A stretch of 64,000 nt of DNA, from positions 558,001 to 622,000 of the forward strand of contig JAYWIR010000023.1 in the NCBI GenBank assembly GCA_036172245.1, written 5' to 3'. A model generated the notes under the pieces. The model ran no database searches. It saw only the letters and a program-made list of their open reading frames with translations, and was not told the DNA's origin. This DNA is from Raillietiella orientalis (lineage: Eukaryota). Positions 52,001-64,000 of the stretch are shown here, piece after piece (the stretch's first letter is position 1; each line of letters opens with the position of its first letter). The position numbers were made by a program, and so were the translations under genes.

Positions 52001-53200
52001 GCCTGAATGTATTCGGCAAAAAGGAATGGACGTTTCTGAACATCATCGGTCAACTCACCACGAAGCTGCTCACTTCCAGGGAGGGAGGCAAGCACGTGGG
52101 TGTGCACCAGCAGATCAGTAGCTTGCCTTCCCTAGCCTGCTCAACTCACCAGGAGGGGCCAATTGTCCTTTTTGAGCTGGGCAGTTGCTTCTGGCCGTTA
52201 ACCGCTCTGTACCCGGCAGTGCGAGACCTATCCTAGTAGGCGCTACGAGCGGCGGTGAGGAAGAGGACCCAAGCATCACCAGCCGATGAAACTCCTGGAT
52301 AAATGTTTGCCCAGGGCGATCGATGCAGGGGTGGGACGGACCCAGCAGCGATGCAGGCATCTGTACAATGGCAAGGCAAGCTCCTGGCGGAATCGAGGCG
52401 GAGTGGAAAAGGGGAGGAAAAGGAAAGGGAGGTTGGTTCCCTTGGATTACATTTGGGGACCTCACGATCGTCGAGGCATGTACAAGGAAGAAAGTCACCT
52501 CAAACCTGAGGGCAATTCAGACACATGTCAGCATCGACGATTTCTCAACGGACGGCACCTCAATAAACGGCAGATGGCATCGGTTCAGACATATGGCGGA
52601 GGCTCAGCCTGCTTGCTGTCTGTGAGGCCAGCTCCCTCCGAGAATCACTTTTGCGGAAGGAGCAGAAGATGGTTGGAATCCCTGGAGCACCTCTTCAGCA
52701 TACACAACCACAGCATGATTACGAAAAAAAACGAGGAGTTGGTGACCCAGATCCCCCCCAAAAAAAAACACACGTGCGGAAAAAAATAGGAGTCGGAAGC
52801 TGCCATCCGGACCATTCCGGAAACAAACTCGAAGATGAGACCCGACATGGTGATTCATGAGGAAGAGAAAGTGTCATCCTGGAGGTCGCTTAGTCTACTA
52901 GCATTCGTCAGCAGTATTGTGAGGGGCAAGGCGGAAGGAGAGCAAGTATCACGAACTTCCTCTTCACCCTGCATCAAAAGGATTGCCCGGCGCTGTAATA
53001 GGCTCTTGAGTATCTTGGGACCCGACCATTGATGATATGCCGAAGGAATGGAAAACCCCAAGAACCAGGCAGGGCACATAAATCAAGGAGGAAGCAGTGT
53101 GCTCAAACATACAGTGTTTTACTCCAGCTTGTATCAAAACATACGTGTTGAAAGCATAGGCTGGGTCATCGTCCCTCAGCGAGTACACCTATTAGAATGA
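49100..53200 (+). mobile_element. NeSL/Utopia-like RLE non-LTR retrotransposon, copy B, near full length but decayed
   Basis: SW...L*IRHIK zinc finger (~49335-49380); WDSFEK...IQKSYRSSKR..VRKIL; EKNF...CIAFMDLAKAFG (50663-50757); GVKRRCLVGSLSFNV; LAHTDDLVLI (YADD equivalent, 51008-51037); VNPRHRTPLH; CGRS...ESLEHL; RLE motifs RPDMV (52838), KY (52944), VIGS*VSWDPTID (52995-53033). Confidence 0.85.
51046..51665. mobile_element. hAT-type MITE inserted in the RT of copy B
   Basis: Left end CATAGGTTCTCAAAGT; right end reverse-complements to CACAGACTCCCAAACT; repeated subterminal CAAAGTGGGCGATA; flanks GTCTAGCC / GTAAAACC are a possible decayed 8-bp TSD; RT homology resumes after it. Confidence 0.7.
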
Positions 53201-54890
53201 GGAAAAGGAGATGGACTGTGAAGATGGCGGAGCTCAGGCGGAATCACACTTAATCGAAAAATCTTCCTTCAATATAATAATTTGTAATGACTAAAAACCA
53301 ATGAAAATTTTAAGCGAATCGCCCCTCTCTCTATCTTATGGAAACTTCCGCTACCATCGTGTAAGAATTCAGCAGCAAGTAAGATTTTCGACATGGCGGG
53401 AGCGGCTTCCAGGAGGGGTCTCCGAAGTCTAAGGTGACCTCGATAAACGAGAAGCGTTGCGCATAGAGCTGCGAGCAGCAGGATGGAGGGAAGTTGAAAG
53501 GAGGAAGGGAATTTTTTCCTCGAAGCATTCTTTCTTTCGATGTGTAGCTTCTGATTCCCCTTTGCGCTTTTGGGAAGAGGCAAAACCGCGCCCGGCACAT
53601 GCTTCTCCTCAAGCTTTTGCAGATAGCGAGTCTCTTCTTGAACTTGGCCCGCTATGGGGGTGGGAGAGAAAAAAAAAAAAAAACGGAAAAATCTTCCTTC
53701 TTGCTTTTGCCTCAGAATGTTCCATTCTTATCTGGGATGAGAAGTTCTTGGGCGCTTCCCCAGTCACGAGATCTCAACTTCGGTAAATGGGGGAAGAACG
53801 AAAATGGAAGAGCCGTTCAGCATCCAGAAAAAGAAGGGAAGAAAGAAAAAGTCGTAAATCATTCTTCAAATTGTCCTTTTCGGTTTGCTCTTAGCTCTGT
53901 TGAGAGAACAGGTCAAAGAGTGCCCTGGGTTATGGACGTTTGCTTCTTCACAGCTGGAGTATAAGCCAATTTGACATACGTTGCTGATTAGCAAGTTGAC
54001 CACTACTGGCTAACCAAGTTGAGATCAACTACTGATGATGACGTGATGATGAGAGAAGACGATAATGAAAGGGAAGAGAGATCCGTGAGAAAGGGATTGC
54101 ATTTTCCAAAGACTCATCTTCTTTCCCGTCACCTTGCTTCCGTTTCGGTTCCATTCTTCATGTTCCTTGTCGCCATTTTATTTAGTGACCAACCGTGTTA
54201 TCCAGTCGAAATGCCCAATTGATGTCAGTCCCATCATCTTTTCTGATTTTCACTATTCTTCTCACCGAAAAAAGACGATCTTTTTGAGGCAAATCGAATT
54301 CCTTCCCGTCTTAACGAAAGCTCTTGATTGCCCCTTAAGAATTAGGAAAGACCATGCGAATGTTTCAGTGGCTCATCTGTTTTCTTTTCTTTTTGCAATC
54401 AGCAGTTCACCCCAACTTCAAAGCATTCTTCAGAGCTCAAGGAAATCACGAAACGCAGGTCCATGGAGGTTTCCGAGAATCCCGAACCCTCCACCTTCGA
54501 AATCAGCTTTCTCGAAGACTCAATGCCGAATTATGAAGAACAGTCAAGAAAGCCACGCCCAGGATCCAGAAACCATCACCCAGTTAGAAAAACGCAGGAT
54601 TCTAAAATCTACTATAGATGCACGTGCTAACTGGAATGCAATCGAAAGACCCATTTCGATGGGATTCCATATCCTGTCCGTGAAACGCAGCTTCTCTGCT
54701 GGCACCTGTTGAACGTCGCGCCTGTTGAATTTCGCGAAGAATGCTTTTGAAATCGATGGAATTACCTGGGAATGAGGCATCAGTGCTGCTGTCGTGATGT
54801 ATCTGGAGCATCCTTGCAAGACGAATTCGGAAAAACCGAATCGCAGGGCCCAACTGGAAATCATTCCTTTAAATTCACTGCCATTACATA

Positions 54891-55378
54891 CCGCGAAATA
54901 ACGCGTATAATAAATAATCCTTTCGCCCTTTAATAAGGATTTCGCCCGAAAGTTTCTGAGAAAATGAACATTCGTGTAGAATACGCACCCATGATCTGGC
55001 AAAATTTCCACTTCTAATAAATAAAATGCAAATAAATGCAAATAAAAAAAAATTAAATATCATTTATCATTAGAAAATCTTACAAAAAAAAATGCATTTT
55101 TTTTTTAGTATATTCTCCAATGGCCCATCTGTTGGCGATGTGTACCATCACATTCTACCAGATTTTTAGCACTGTAAGCAGTGGGAGGTGGGGAGGGGGA
55201 ACCGGGTCGGTTGCGAGGGTCGCTCCAGCGCGCCAAACAGATGGTCACAGTGACGTGTACAGAGCACCTCGTGCACACTGAAATTGGAGAAATGTTTGTA
55301 CCCGTGTACAATACGCACCCCGATTTTGTCGAGCTAAATTGAGGGAAAACGGTGCGTACTGTACGCGAGATTTCACGG
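54891..55378. mobile_element. Tc1/mariner-pogo-type MITE with TA target duplication
   Basis: TA-CCGCGAAATAACGCGTATAATA at left; right end reverse-complements to TA-CCGTGAAATCTCGCGTACAGTA; internal TACGCACC repeats. Confidence 0.75.
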
Positions 55379-55949
55379 TATTCTTCCACGTTATCGGAAT
55401 TGCAGAATGAAATGAGTTCAATCATTGAGAACTCCGAAGCGCAGGGAAGAATTATTATTGCCAGCATTATAATGCTAACCTTAGTACACCACTGAACACC
55501 GAAGTGGGCGTTTCGATTTGCATTTGAAACAAAGCACAAGATTTTCATCCTGACTACCAGCTATGTGCAGAGCTAATGATCATTCATCCGCTGTTTCCAA
55601 TGGAACCTGGATATCTCATTTTGTCCAGCGTGTCTGCGTGGATTTGCATCTGCTTCAGGCGAAACTTGACAGCATCCTAAGTAACTCTTTTTTCGCATCA
55701 GAACGGAGGTCTACACAATGAAAGCAAAGAGAATCGGGAAACCAGTGGCATCCAGTTCGCGTTCGGGGACCCGGCGTTTCTCCGGATTCAGGGAGCACGG
55801 TTCCCTGAAGGACTGCAGAGGAAAGCAAAATTCGCATGACCTTTCAAAACGAAAGCTACTCCTCTGTTTACCAGAAAGCAGCTACGTGAGTCGATGGACA
55901 CGCTGATTCCCTCTACAAAGAAAAACAAAACACGATAGGGTAATCCAAG

Positions 55950-57480
55950 TCAAGCCGGCTTGTTTGATGATCTTGACGTTCTAAGACCGAAACCTGAGAA
56001 TGTGCAAGATTCTGAAGAGGAACAGGTTTAGGCATGAGTTCTTTTCACTAGGATTTCATGTAACTAATCATTCACTCGAGAAATTTAGAACACTTCTGAA
56101 AGAGCCAACCTTTGGATTTATCGGAGAAACTGGTATCACCTCTTCTTCCCCTTATTTCCCTTCCCTGTATCTAATACAGGGAAGAACGCTTCGCTTTGGT
56201 TTTAGTACTACTGAAGAGTACATTAGTTAGCTTTATAATGCGATTTCATTCGAACTGTAGGTCCTTTAATAATTCACATTCCATTAGAATAAATAATACA
56301 GCGACATTCTAATATACCACAATACTGGACACAGGGAAAAAAGAAAAGCGTTGCGTTTACAGACTCTCGCGTGTTAAATCAGAAGAATCGAAATTCGTTG
56401 TTTGGCAACCCTGAATCTGCTGTGAAGGACAATGAAACCTCCAATTAAAAGTGAAATATATTCCTCGACTTGAATTATCTTAAGGGAAGTCGTCTGAATC
56501 AACACTTCAAGTTTTCTAGCGTTACGGGGGTCATACTTCGGCCATAAATTACATTTAAGGATCATTGATTTATGCAGTGATGAACGGGTGGATGATGCAT
56601 CAAATAATCTGAAGGACTGTTTAAATATATTTGCCCTTTGTGTGACGGATCTGATTGAGATTTTTTTTTCTTCTAAGCTTAGCTGCTCTTCGGTGACGTT
56701 GGAAAAGTTAGAAATAGCTGTAAACGCAAGGGGGCAGTAGCTATGAAGTACTCAACTTTCAATTTTTCAGGTATTTTGTTCGGACTACCGAGATAGTGGG
56801 GTGATGGCCTGCCACCCATGTCTTGTCTCAGCCACTTTGCAACGGTTTAAAGCTTCCCAGGCTTGAAGGAAAAAAAATCCTCTCGTATTACCTTAATCCA
56901 CCTGTCTTAAAGAGCGCGCGAAATGGAGAGGGTCATTTCCCGGAATCACCCAAGGGCATCCTGGTGGAAAGTCGCACCGAAGTTGGTTAAACGCTGTGAC
57001 GAAGGTGCATCTCGTTGAGGAACCCGAAAATAAAGTGGAATGCTGATCGTGCCCCTTCCTTTTTCGTCGAATTTCGTTAAATCTTGCAGTTGTGGGTCTG
57101 GATTGGAAGAATCTCGCGAATCCCGCTACTGCTTGCAGTTCAACCATCAGCCGATGTACCGAAGATGCTGCCGAAAGCACCAGAATGTCCCACTGTGTAA
57201 CACGTTCACTGTTCCATCGCGGTCCGCTTTCCGATGTCCACGAGCAGCTTTGCCGAAAGCAAAACAAAAAGAGATGACAGAGAGTCTAAGAATGCACTGG
57301 ACACTCCCTGAACATGAGGAGCACGAAACACCATTAAGCACCCGTTTGTAACCGAATCAAATGACGAATTATGAATGCCGCACGAAATCAAATAAGGATA
57401 TGTAATACTATGGAATTCCTCAGTAGCTGAAGTGTGTGATACCGTAATACAAAGGAATAAGAGAAAAAATAAAATAAAAT
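55950..57480 (+). mobile_element. I-clade non-LTR remnant with A-rich 3' end
   Basis: EFFSLGF...KFRTLLKEPTF (RT3-4 linker-like), TRMSHCVTR (RxGHT-like), AAATAAAATAAAAT tail at ~57465-57480. Confidence 0.3.
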
Positions 57481-58199
57481 GACCCCCCAAAGTCATTTCT
57501 ACCCTTTACTAAACACAATGTGGCTGTAGTCAAGTCCATGAGCAACGAAATTTGGTCCATAAGCACCGTACGTTATGTTCCTAATGTAGATAATCGCAGC
57601 AGCATAATGCTATTCTAATCAAGATACTTTGTTGGTTGCTATCGCTTCCTGTTGCATCCAAAGTTTACCTTAAGGAAAAATATGATGGCCTGTCGTTTGC
57701 TGCGACGGGAACTTTATGGAGGCGCTTATTTTTGATGTGATGGTCCGCAGGAGATTGCTTCCATGAATGCTCATCCGTGCTGACGAGCATGCACAGAAGC
57801 TATTGAAGGTAATAGAAAGTATTCTTTCCAAATATCAAAAAAAAAAAAAAAAAAAGGAAATACGCGTTTTTGTGGATTCATTTCAAGGTTTGATTTCTCT
57901 TTCTTTTTTTTTTTTTTTTAAAAAAAAAAAAGGAATGTGGATGGTAAGGATCGGACACTCAAACATACGTTTGTATTTGTATTGTCAGCTAATGGAAGCG
58001 ATCAAGTGAATTTGAAAAATAAAATTATTTGCTTTGGTCTCTCGATTCCGTTCCTCACCCGGCAGTTGTTAAGACTTGGAATCAACACTGAAGAAGTAAA
58101 ATCTGTGATTAACGATTGCATGATGATGGAGAGAGGATCTCGAAGTTTATAACCCGTTCTTTCCACCGATAAACATTCACAAGGGAGGCACTCAAACAT

Positions 58200-61100
58200 T
58201 TTTGTCTTGCGCCTTTTATTGGACACGCTACTGGGTCAGGACCACTTTGCTCCTCACGTCCATTTTTCCATCGTGCAAGACGCACGCCCACCCATACGGG
58301 GCGTAACGTACATCTTGCTCCTTGTGAATGCTGTGGAGCTAACGTTCAGAACATCTGTGTATGCACGACTCCGTCTGAAAACACGTGTCCTCTAGCCAAA
58401 GAGTGCCTGTGCTGTGAAAAGGATGCATATGGCCTTTAGCATTTGTGGAAAAAGTAGCTCTTCTAATTCTACCGTGTTTTCAAGGTTTCATTTTCAGAAT
58501 GAAACAAGTTCTCGGCACGGAGCTGTTGCGTTGCAATTCGTTGAGAGGCAATGCTCGCGGGATGATGGAAGAAGACGTAGCCGACTACCATGCCAGCGGG
58601 AATTGGTCTTCTCCTCTCCACCCCTCCCCACCAAATCAGAAGCCTACGATAAGAATTGCGACAAACCATTTCGAGCAGTTTTGTATACGAGAAAAACATA
58701 GCGAGATCGAAAGCAACTGATGGACGACGGATGGCTAATTTTGGGCTCCTTACAACAAAAACAAAATCAGCACTTCGTTTTCATTGGTTTCCCCGATCTC
58801 CACGATGATCTGGAGGAACGGCTGTAATATCTTTAGGAGGTCCACTGATTGGAGTGATGCAAGTTCGTGCGTTGAAGATGATCCCAGCTTTGCACGCAGG
58901 AGTCCTGGAAAGAGTCTTGGCGGCGATTCTGGATTGAGAACGCGAGAAACGAATCCTTCTTAGAGCGAATAACATCTGCATCCGGAGACAGCTCGGACTG
59001 CGTTCGTGCTGACCACGCAGCGCAGCCTAAATGACTGGAATTAGCGGAAGGAACCAACCGTCTCAGCCCTCGAGATGCAGCATGGGGAAGCTTCAAGTTG
59101 GAAAGTTGGTGCCCTTTATTAAACTCCTCATGGACCTTCATCTTTCATCCTACACCTTAAGAGCTGGATCGAAGAACCATCGAGAAGAAAAAAACGGTTC
59201 CAGCGAGCAGAACAGGGAGAGCAGCTTGCTCGAGGAGGAACAGCTGTTTGCACCACTACGAAGTCGGTAAGAGAGGCACAGGGAAGCGGTACAGGAGCTA
59301 GAGAAACCAAGCAAGTTCACGATCTCCCGGGGGGGAGGGGGTCCCATGGCAGCAGTGTGCAGCTGATTGACAGAGACTCTTCACTCCCGCTGCTTCCACG
59401 CGCTGGAAGATTCCAGCGCGTGGAAGCAGAGGGGTGAAGAGTCGAAAGCTGGAGACTGTGGTGTCCCGAGACGCGACCTGATGCTTTTCACCTATCGCGA
59501 ATTCAGGTTTCTGCATGCTCCGTTCCGTTCGGAAAGAGGTTTCGGGCCTCTCCCGGAGAGGTCAAGAAAGTGGGCTGTCCGAAGAAACTCCTGTAGGGCT
59601 CAGACGATCCACAGTTGCGGGGATTCGGCTGGCGCTGCGCCAGTCGGCAGAGTAAAAGAGAGGAAAAAGAAGATGGAAGGAAACATAGAAGGGAGTTGGA
59701 TCTGGCAGAAGAGTTTAGTGATTTTCCGTACCGAAATGACTTGCATCGTCGTTGGAGCCGGAGGGATTATTTGGCGTTCCTGGCACGGGACCGCCATCTA
59801 AGAGGCGATCCATCCGCCGAGCACCTGGCATTCACCGACGTGCACCCCGGACGACCACCCCTTGAGGTGGCCAGCGACCTTGAGATCCTGACACCGTGGA
59901 CACGCATGTGCACGTACGTTAGTGAACCCCCCCTTAAGCTCAGGGAACCTCAAGGATCGGGCGAGGATTTCCCGAACTTGTCTGGCGGTCCTTAACCCCT
60001 CCCGGGGGCTCCAGGAAGGGCACAGCAGTCACAGAGGTCGCAGATTCGGAGCCCGAGGAGAGGGACGCTCGGCGGGGGAAGGAGTTCTGGAGAGCTTCCT
60101 GGGATCACGAAAGAGATCCCGAAACGGCAAGTCCCGAATGGGTGCAGTCCAGGAGCGGCGGCCACCTCGGCGACCAAGGTGCGACGGCACCTACTGAGGA
60201 TGCTGTGGTCGCTAGGGACAAAGGACGCTTCCCCAGGTCAACCTGCTCCCTTTCCTCACGCCGGACACGAGCCACCATGAGATCCCGGGGAGTGCAGAAG
60301 AAGAGAGGATGGCGACCCACGGGCTGAAGGCGAAAGGATCTCGGTGGGTCGCCCGCCATGTCCGGCATCGACGGCACCGACAAGCTGGCAGTCGATCGTG
60401 TGGCCGGAGGAGGACGCGGGTTGGCCCCATCGACGAGGAGGCGGGAAGCAGAGCTCCGAGGTTTCCGGAGACGCTGAGGGAGAAGGCGCACGGCGTGGAT
60501 CCCCGAGTCCTGGACGAGAAGAGTTTCTCCCTCTTTTCTCCCTGGAGTTTGGAAAGGCCTCGTAGCAGGGGCAAGGAAGAACTCGAGGTTGATCGGACCG
60601 TGCCCGGAAGCCGTTTGCTCTCCCGTACCAGCAGTCCAGGATCCTTCTGGAGGATCTGCCCCTGCCGACAAGATCTGCACCGACGGCAGCTTTAGAAAAA
60701 CGCGCGCGTTCAGGTCCCACTGATCGCCGGAGACGGAGGAACCCGCCGCCTCCCTCCTGAACCCAGTAGGCAGGTGGGTTCTGCACCGGCGGCTGAAGGG
60801 GGGATCAGCGATCGAGGGTCACCTCCCCCCCCACACACACCATCTCCAGGGTCTCCGATTTCTCTGGAGAGTCGCTGCAGGAGAGTCGCTGCTCAAAGCC
60901 CTTAGCGGATTCCACCGCCCTGTCGTCCATAGCAACAGGCACTCCCCCCCTTCTCCTCCGTGGAAACCTGGCGAGCAGCTCAATGCTTGGCTCTTCCCAT
61001 GGCACCAGCTCACCCGCAGCGGTCCGTTCGTCCCTGAGGTCTCGGGCTCGATTCAGCCTCGCCACAGGTCCCCGCTGCCTCCTGCGAACGATCTCTTCCC

Positions 61101-62690
61101 TTCCCCCCCGCCTCCCGGACTCCCTTTCCCGTCAAAGAGACTCAGGAATTCGCCGGAGTCGGCTCCAGACGCTCCATCACCGAGAACCCCCGCCGACGCC
61201 TCTCTCCAGGCGCCGCTGTCCTTCGGCGGTCCTGGTCTTGGTCCTGGACGGGGACCTCCAGCCCCCCGTCCAGGACCCCGCGATCCTCTCCGGAAGAGCT
61301 CGTGGCGGCGAGGGACAGCGCTGACGATCTCGAGGTCATCCCTCCGAGGGAGGAAGAGACCCCCCTCACGGGACGCGTGAGCAAAGGCGACGGAGTAGGA
61401 AGGGGAGAGAGGGGGGAGCAGTGAGCGAATGCCGGAGGAAGAAGGACTGAGGTCGTCGGCAGCAGAGAGAGAGAAGCGGAGCAGAGACGTCCCGTCCCTT
61501 CGCTCTGGGAAGCCGCGCGTGCTTGGGCTGCGCCTGGGTCGTTTCCCTGGATACGCCCTCGGTCCCTGTCGGACTTCCACGGGTTTCCGCTTCAAAAGCG
61601 GGAAGGCGGAGGAGGGCGCGCACCACTGACGCGCCTTCTTCTTGAATCAAGGAACGAGGCAAGAGGAAGAGGCGGAAGTCTAATTTACCTGTTCCCCCTC
61701 CCCTCCCACCCTTCGCGTGAGGACAAGCGGCGGGATCATCCACGTCCCTCTCGAACGGATGGGTGAGGGGAGAAGGAGAGACTCCCCTCGGGAGGAAGGA
61801 AGGGGCTCGGCTGTTCCGGGAAGCAGCTTCCCCAAAGCTCGGGGACCGCGAAGTCCCTCCCACCGCGAGAGTTCGCGGCAATCGGGAGTATGGAGGAGGA
61901 CTCACACCTCGTGGATGGATCCACCCGCAAGCACGTGGATGCCGCGGGGGGGGGGAAGGCGATCAGGCGTGCACGCGCCGCCGACCACCTCCGGGTCAGG
62001 GAACCCCAGTGCTCCCCTCCCCTGGGAGGGGGGGAGGAAAGTGCGGTCAGGGAGGGACGCTGCGGGGAGCACCCTGACTTCCGAGCCATTTCAGGAGAGC
62101 AGACGGGGGCGCGGTCCGTCGAGACTCGGAGTCCTTGCCCTCTCGGAGAAAGGTCTCTGTCCCCCTGGCATCCCCGAGGCGTCCGGGGGACGGTCGGTTG
62201 CCACGCGGGGCCTCCTCTCGCGCGCCGGGCGCTCCCAGCCTACCGCGTCTCCCGACCGCCGCCGCTTCGCCTTGCACGTCCAGCGCCACGGAAGGCTGCG
62301 ACCGCCGAAACACGCGGAAGGGGGAACGCCGCCTCAGCATCCGAGACCCGCGACCTTCGGGATACGGGCGCGGGGAAAGGCTCCTCGTCCCGCCTGGCAA
62401 CAGGCTGCACTCGCCACCGCAGCGAGGCGCGCGACAGGGAAGCGGCATCGACGCTCCCCCATCTCATCGATCCGAGAGCGCTGCCGCGCGTCGAAAGCCT
62501 GTCGGGAGCAGCCGATTCCCCTCAGATATCCGGGAGGGAGCGAGGCAGGAGATGGAGAAAGAGGGGATTTTCGAGTCCCGGATCTCACGCGCCGCCTTAG
62601 CCCTCTAGGAGCCGCTTCGCTTTGGGGACCCACCTTTTTGCACAGAAGTGTCGGGGAAAACGGGCGCTCCTAACGGTGGTTACCCGGGGT
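58200..62690 (-). mobile_element. NeSL/Utopia-like non-LTR retrotransposon remnant, copy C
   Basis: Very GC-rich N-terminal region with LIAFPPPAASTC (~61960), PAYWVQ and LLLHSPGSHGGSCPA (~60300) zinc-finger-like repeats; GIIFNARTC...PKDITAVPPDHRGD (RT0/1, 58890-58790) and LAW*SATSSSIIPR (decayed AWLDLxNAFGSIPH, ~58595-58555). Confidence 0.55.
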
Positions 62691-62874
62691 GGGATGGGAA
62701 AGTTTGGGTCGAGAGCGGGAAGGAAGGAGGGAGCGGAATCTTGCTGATCCAGCCTCCGGCAGGGCCTGTTCGTCAGCCCCGTTTCTCGTCTCTCGGTGAA
62801 ACAGGCAAGACTGGATCTCTGTGAAAAGAAGCTCTCTATGCCGAAAATAATTTTTCTCCATGGTGACCATGATC

Positions 62875-63010
62875 ATGATGACGAAAAAGAGGAGGACGAG
62901 GAGGAATGAGAAAGAAAAGGAGGGAAGACGAGGAGGAGGAAGAGGAAAGGATGGAGGAGGAGGAGGGGAGGGGGAAGAGAAACGTGATGGTGATGAAGAA
63001 GAGGAAGGAG
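62875..63010 (+). repeat. GAG/GAA-rich purine low-complexity tract
   Basis: Directly visible imperfect (GAG)n/(GAA)n. Confidence 0.85.
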
Positions 63011-64000
63011 ACGTGTTCGGATGAAGGTCTCTGAAATGGCTGCCATCAGCAACAAGACCAGCATACGGCATGGCAGGGAATGGGTGCTCGTGGGAATAGG
63101 GCGGGGCAGCTTCTCTTCAGCTTTTCGCCTGTGCCGAAGGCTGGATTGCGAACGCGGATATCCCCCATCGAGGGGGCAGCTCGACTTCAGTTCAGCTGCT
63201 GAGTTGGCCCTTGCCGCAGCACCATAGAAGAAGGGAGAGTGGGAACACACGTGGCTATTCCCGACGCGAGGTAGGGTACACGGTACCCCAAGGCCACCCA
63301 ACTCGCTTCAAGCTGAGGGCGAACTGGTGTTCAGGTCCGTGGCCTTCCACCCGATGAGCAGGCGCACGCACCTTGCACGTCGTCGAGCAGTCGTTTGAGC
63401 TCCACCATCTCCCATCTCTCCTGATCCGCTACTTACCAGAAGACTCTGGACAAGGAACGAAGCCTCCCGCCACCGCCAACCTGCAGGCATCCTGAAAGAA
63501 ATCATCTCGACGCAACTTTCAGAGCGATGAGTCAATGAGGTTTTTGTTTATTAAAGTAGCTGGACACTCGGATCAGATCACGCTAGCGACAGAGATCGCA
63601 TCGGTCCACTTTCGGAGCGGGTCGTGTTGGCAACAGTCCCGAAAACCCATTCGACGTAACCATCCACTCCACGACCAGAGGAGTGCTCTTCGACTGAAAA
63701 GGGATTTAACCGTGGAAACAAGGAAAGAAAGTCTTCTTTCTCAAGGTGAGGTAAGCTTTCTTTTAGAGGGAAAGAAAAAAAGGCTCTCGACAAGTTGCAT
63801 GTTCATTTTCACGAGATGTTGAGAAATGTCAAGGCCACTTCAGAAGTCGTCCTTTTGCCCTGTGAACGTCTGGAGTCACCTTTTCGGTTCTTCATCAAGC
63901 GTCTTCGCTAAGCAATTAAGAAACGTGAAAGAGCAGTGGAAAAGGAGAAACTTCCAGCAGCATCAAAAATACGCACGCATTCACGAAGCATCGGAACAAA

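Noticed and set aside
53420..53598. LPSILLLAALCATLLVYRG with a phase-1 GT as obstructor exon 1
   Set aside because: Weak donor (GTCACC), no suitable ATG or TATA; the 44960 exon is much better supported
57206..57496. Signal-peptide-like ORF MTLGGHFILFFLLFLCIT as obstructor exon 1
   Set aside because: The available donor is phase 0 rather than 1, and the hydrophobicity comes from the reverse complement of an A-rich tail
59900..62690. Long overlapping Arg/Pro/Gly-rich ORFs on both strands (also 31600-33900)
   Set aside because: Stop-codon scarcity in GC-rich retroelement DNA; not independent genes
27300..64000. Bacterial or viral insertion, or CRISPR-like arrays, in the GC-rich half
   Set aside because: No operon-like intact ORFs and no regularly spaced repeats; recognisable pieces are eukaryotic TEs, and a host exon lies within the region

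Overview
Eukaryotic (arthropod, possibly chelicerate) genomic DNA with two very different compartments. 1-27 kb is AT-rich and gene-dense. It holds the 5'-truncated neurofibromin gene NF1 (+, 1-15041; I traced 45 GT-AG introns, 40 of them only 39-59 nt), a piggyBac remnant carrying an L1/Tx1-type retroelement fragment, a complete failed-axon-connections gene (fax, +) and, tail-to-tail with it, an obstructor/CPAP3 chitin-binding gene (-). The obstructor signal-peptide exon and TATA box appear to lie 17.9 kb away (44912-45035), so ~27-45 kb is one giant first intron. 27-64 kb is GC/CpG-richer and looks like a transposon graveyard: three NeSL/Utopia-like RLE non-LTR copies, Gypsy, Jockey, I-clade, RTE and Penelope remnants, and hAT and pogo-type MITEs. 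It also contains an intronless, disabled CD2BP2 (U5-52K) retrocopy. No CRISPR, rRNA or tRNA genes were seen. I found no convincing new enzymatic system. The most interesting signals are the extreme intron-size bimodality, a Tx1-like insertion near a piggyBac terminus, and Utopia-like elements without a visible U2 target. All family calls come from manual translation and motif recall, not database searches.
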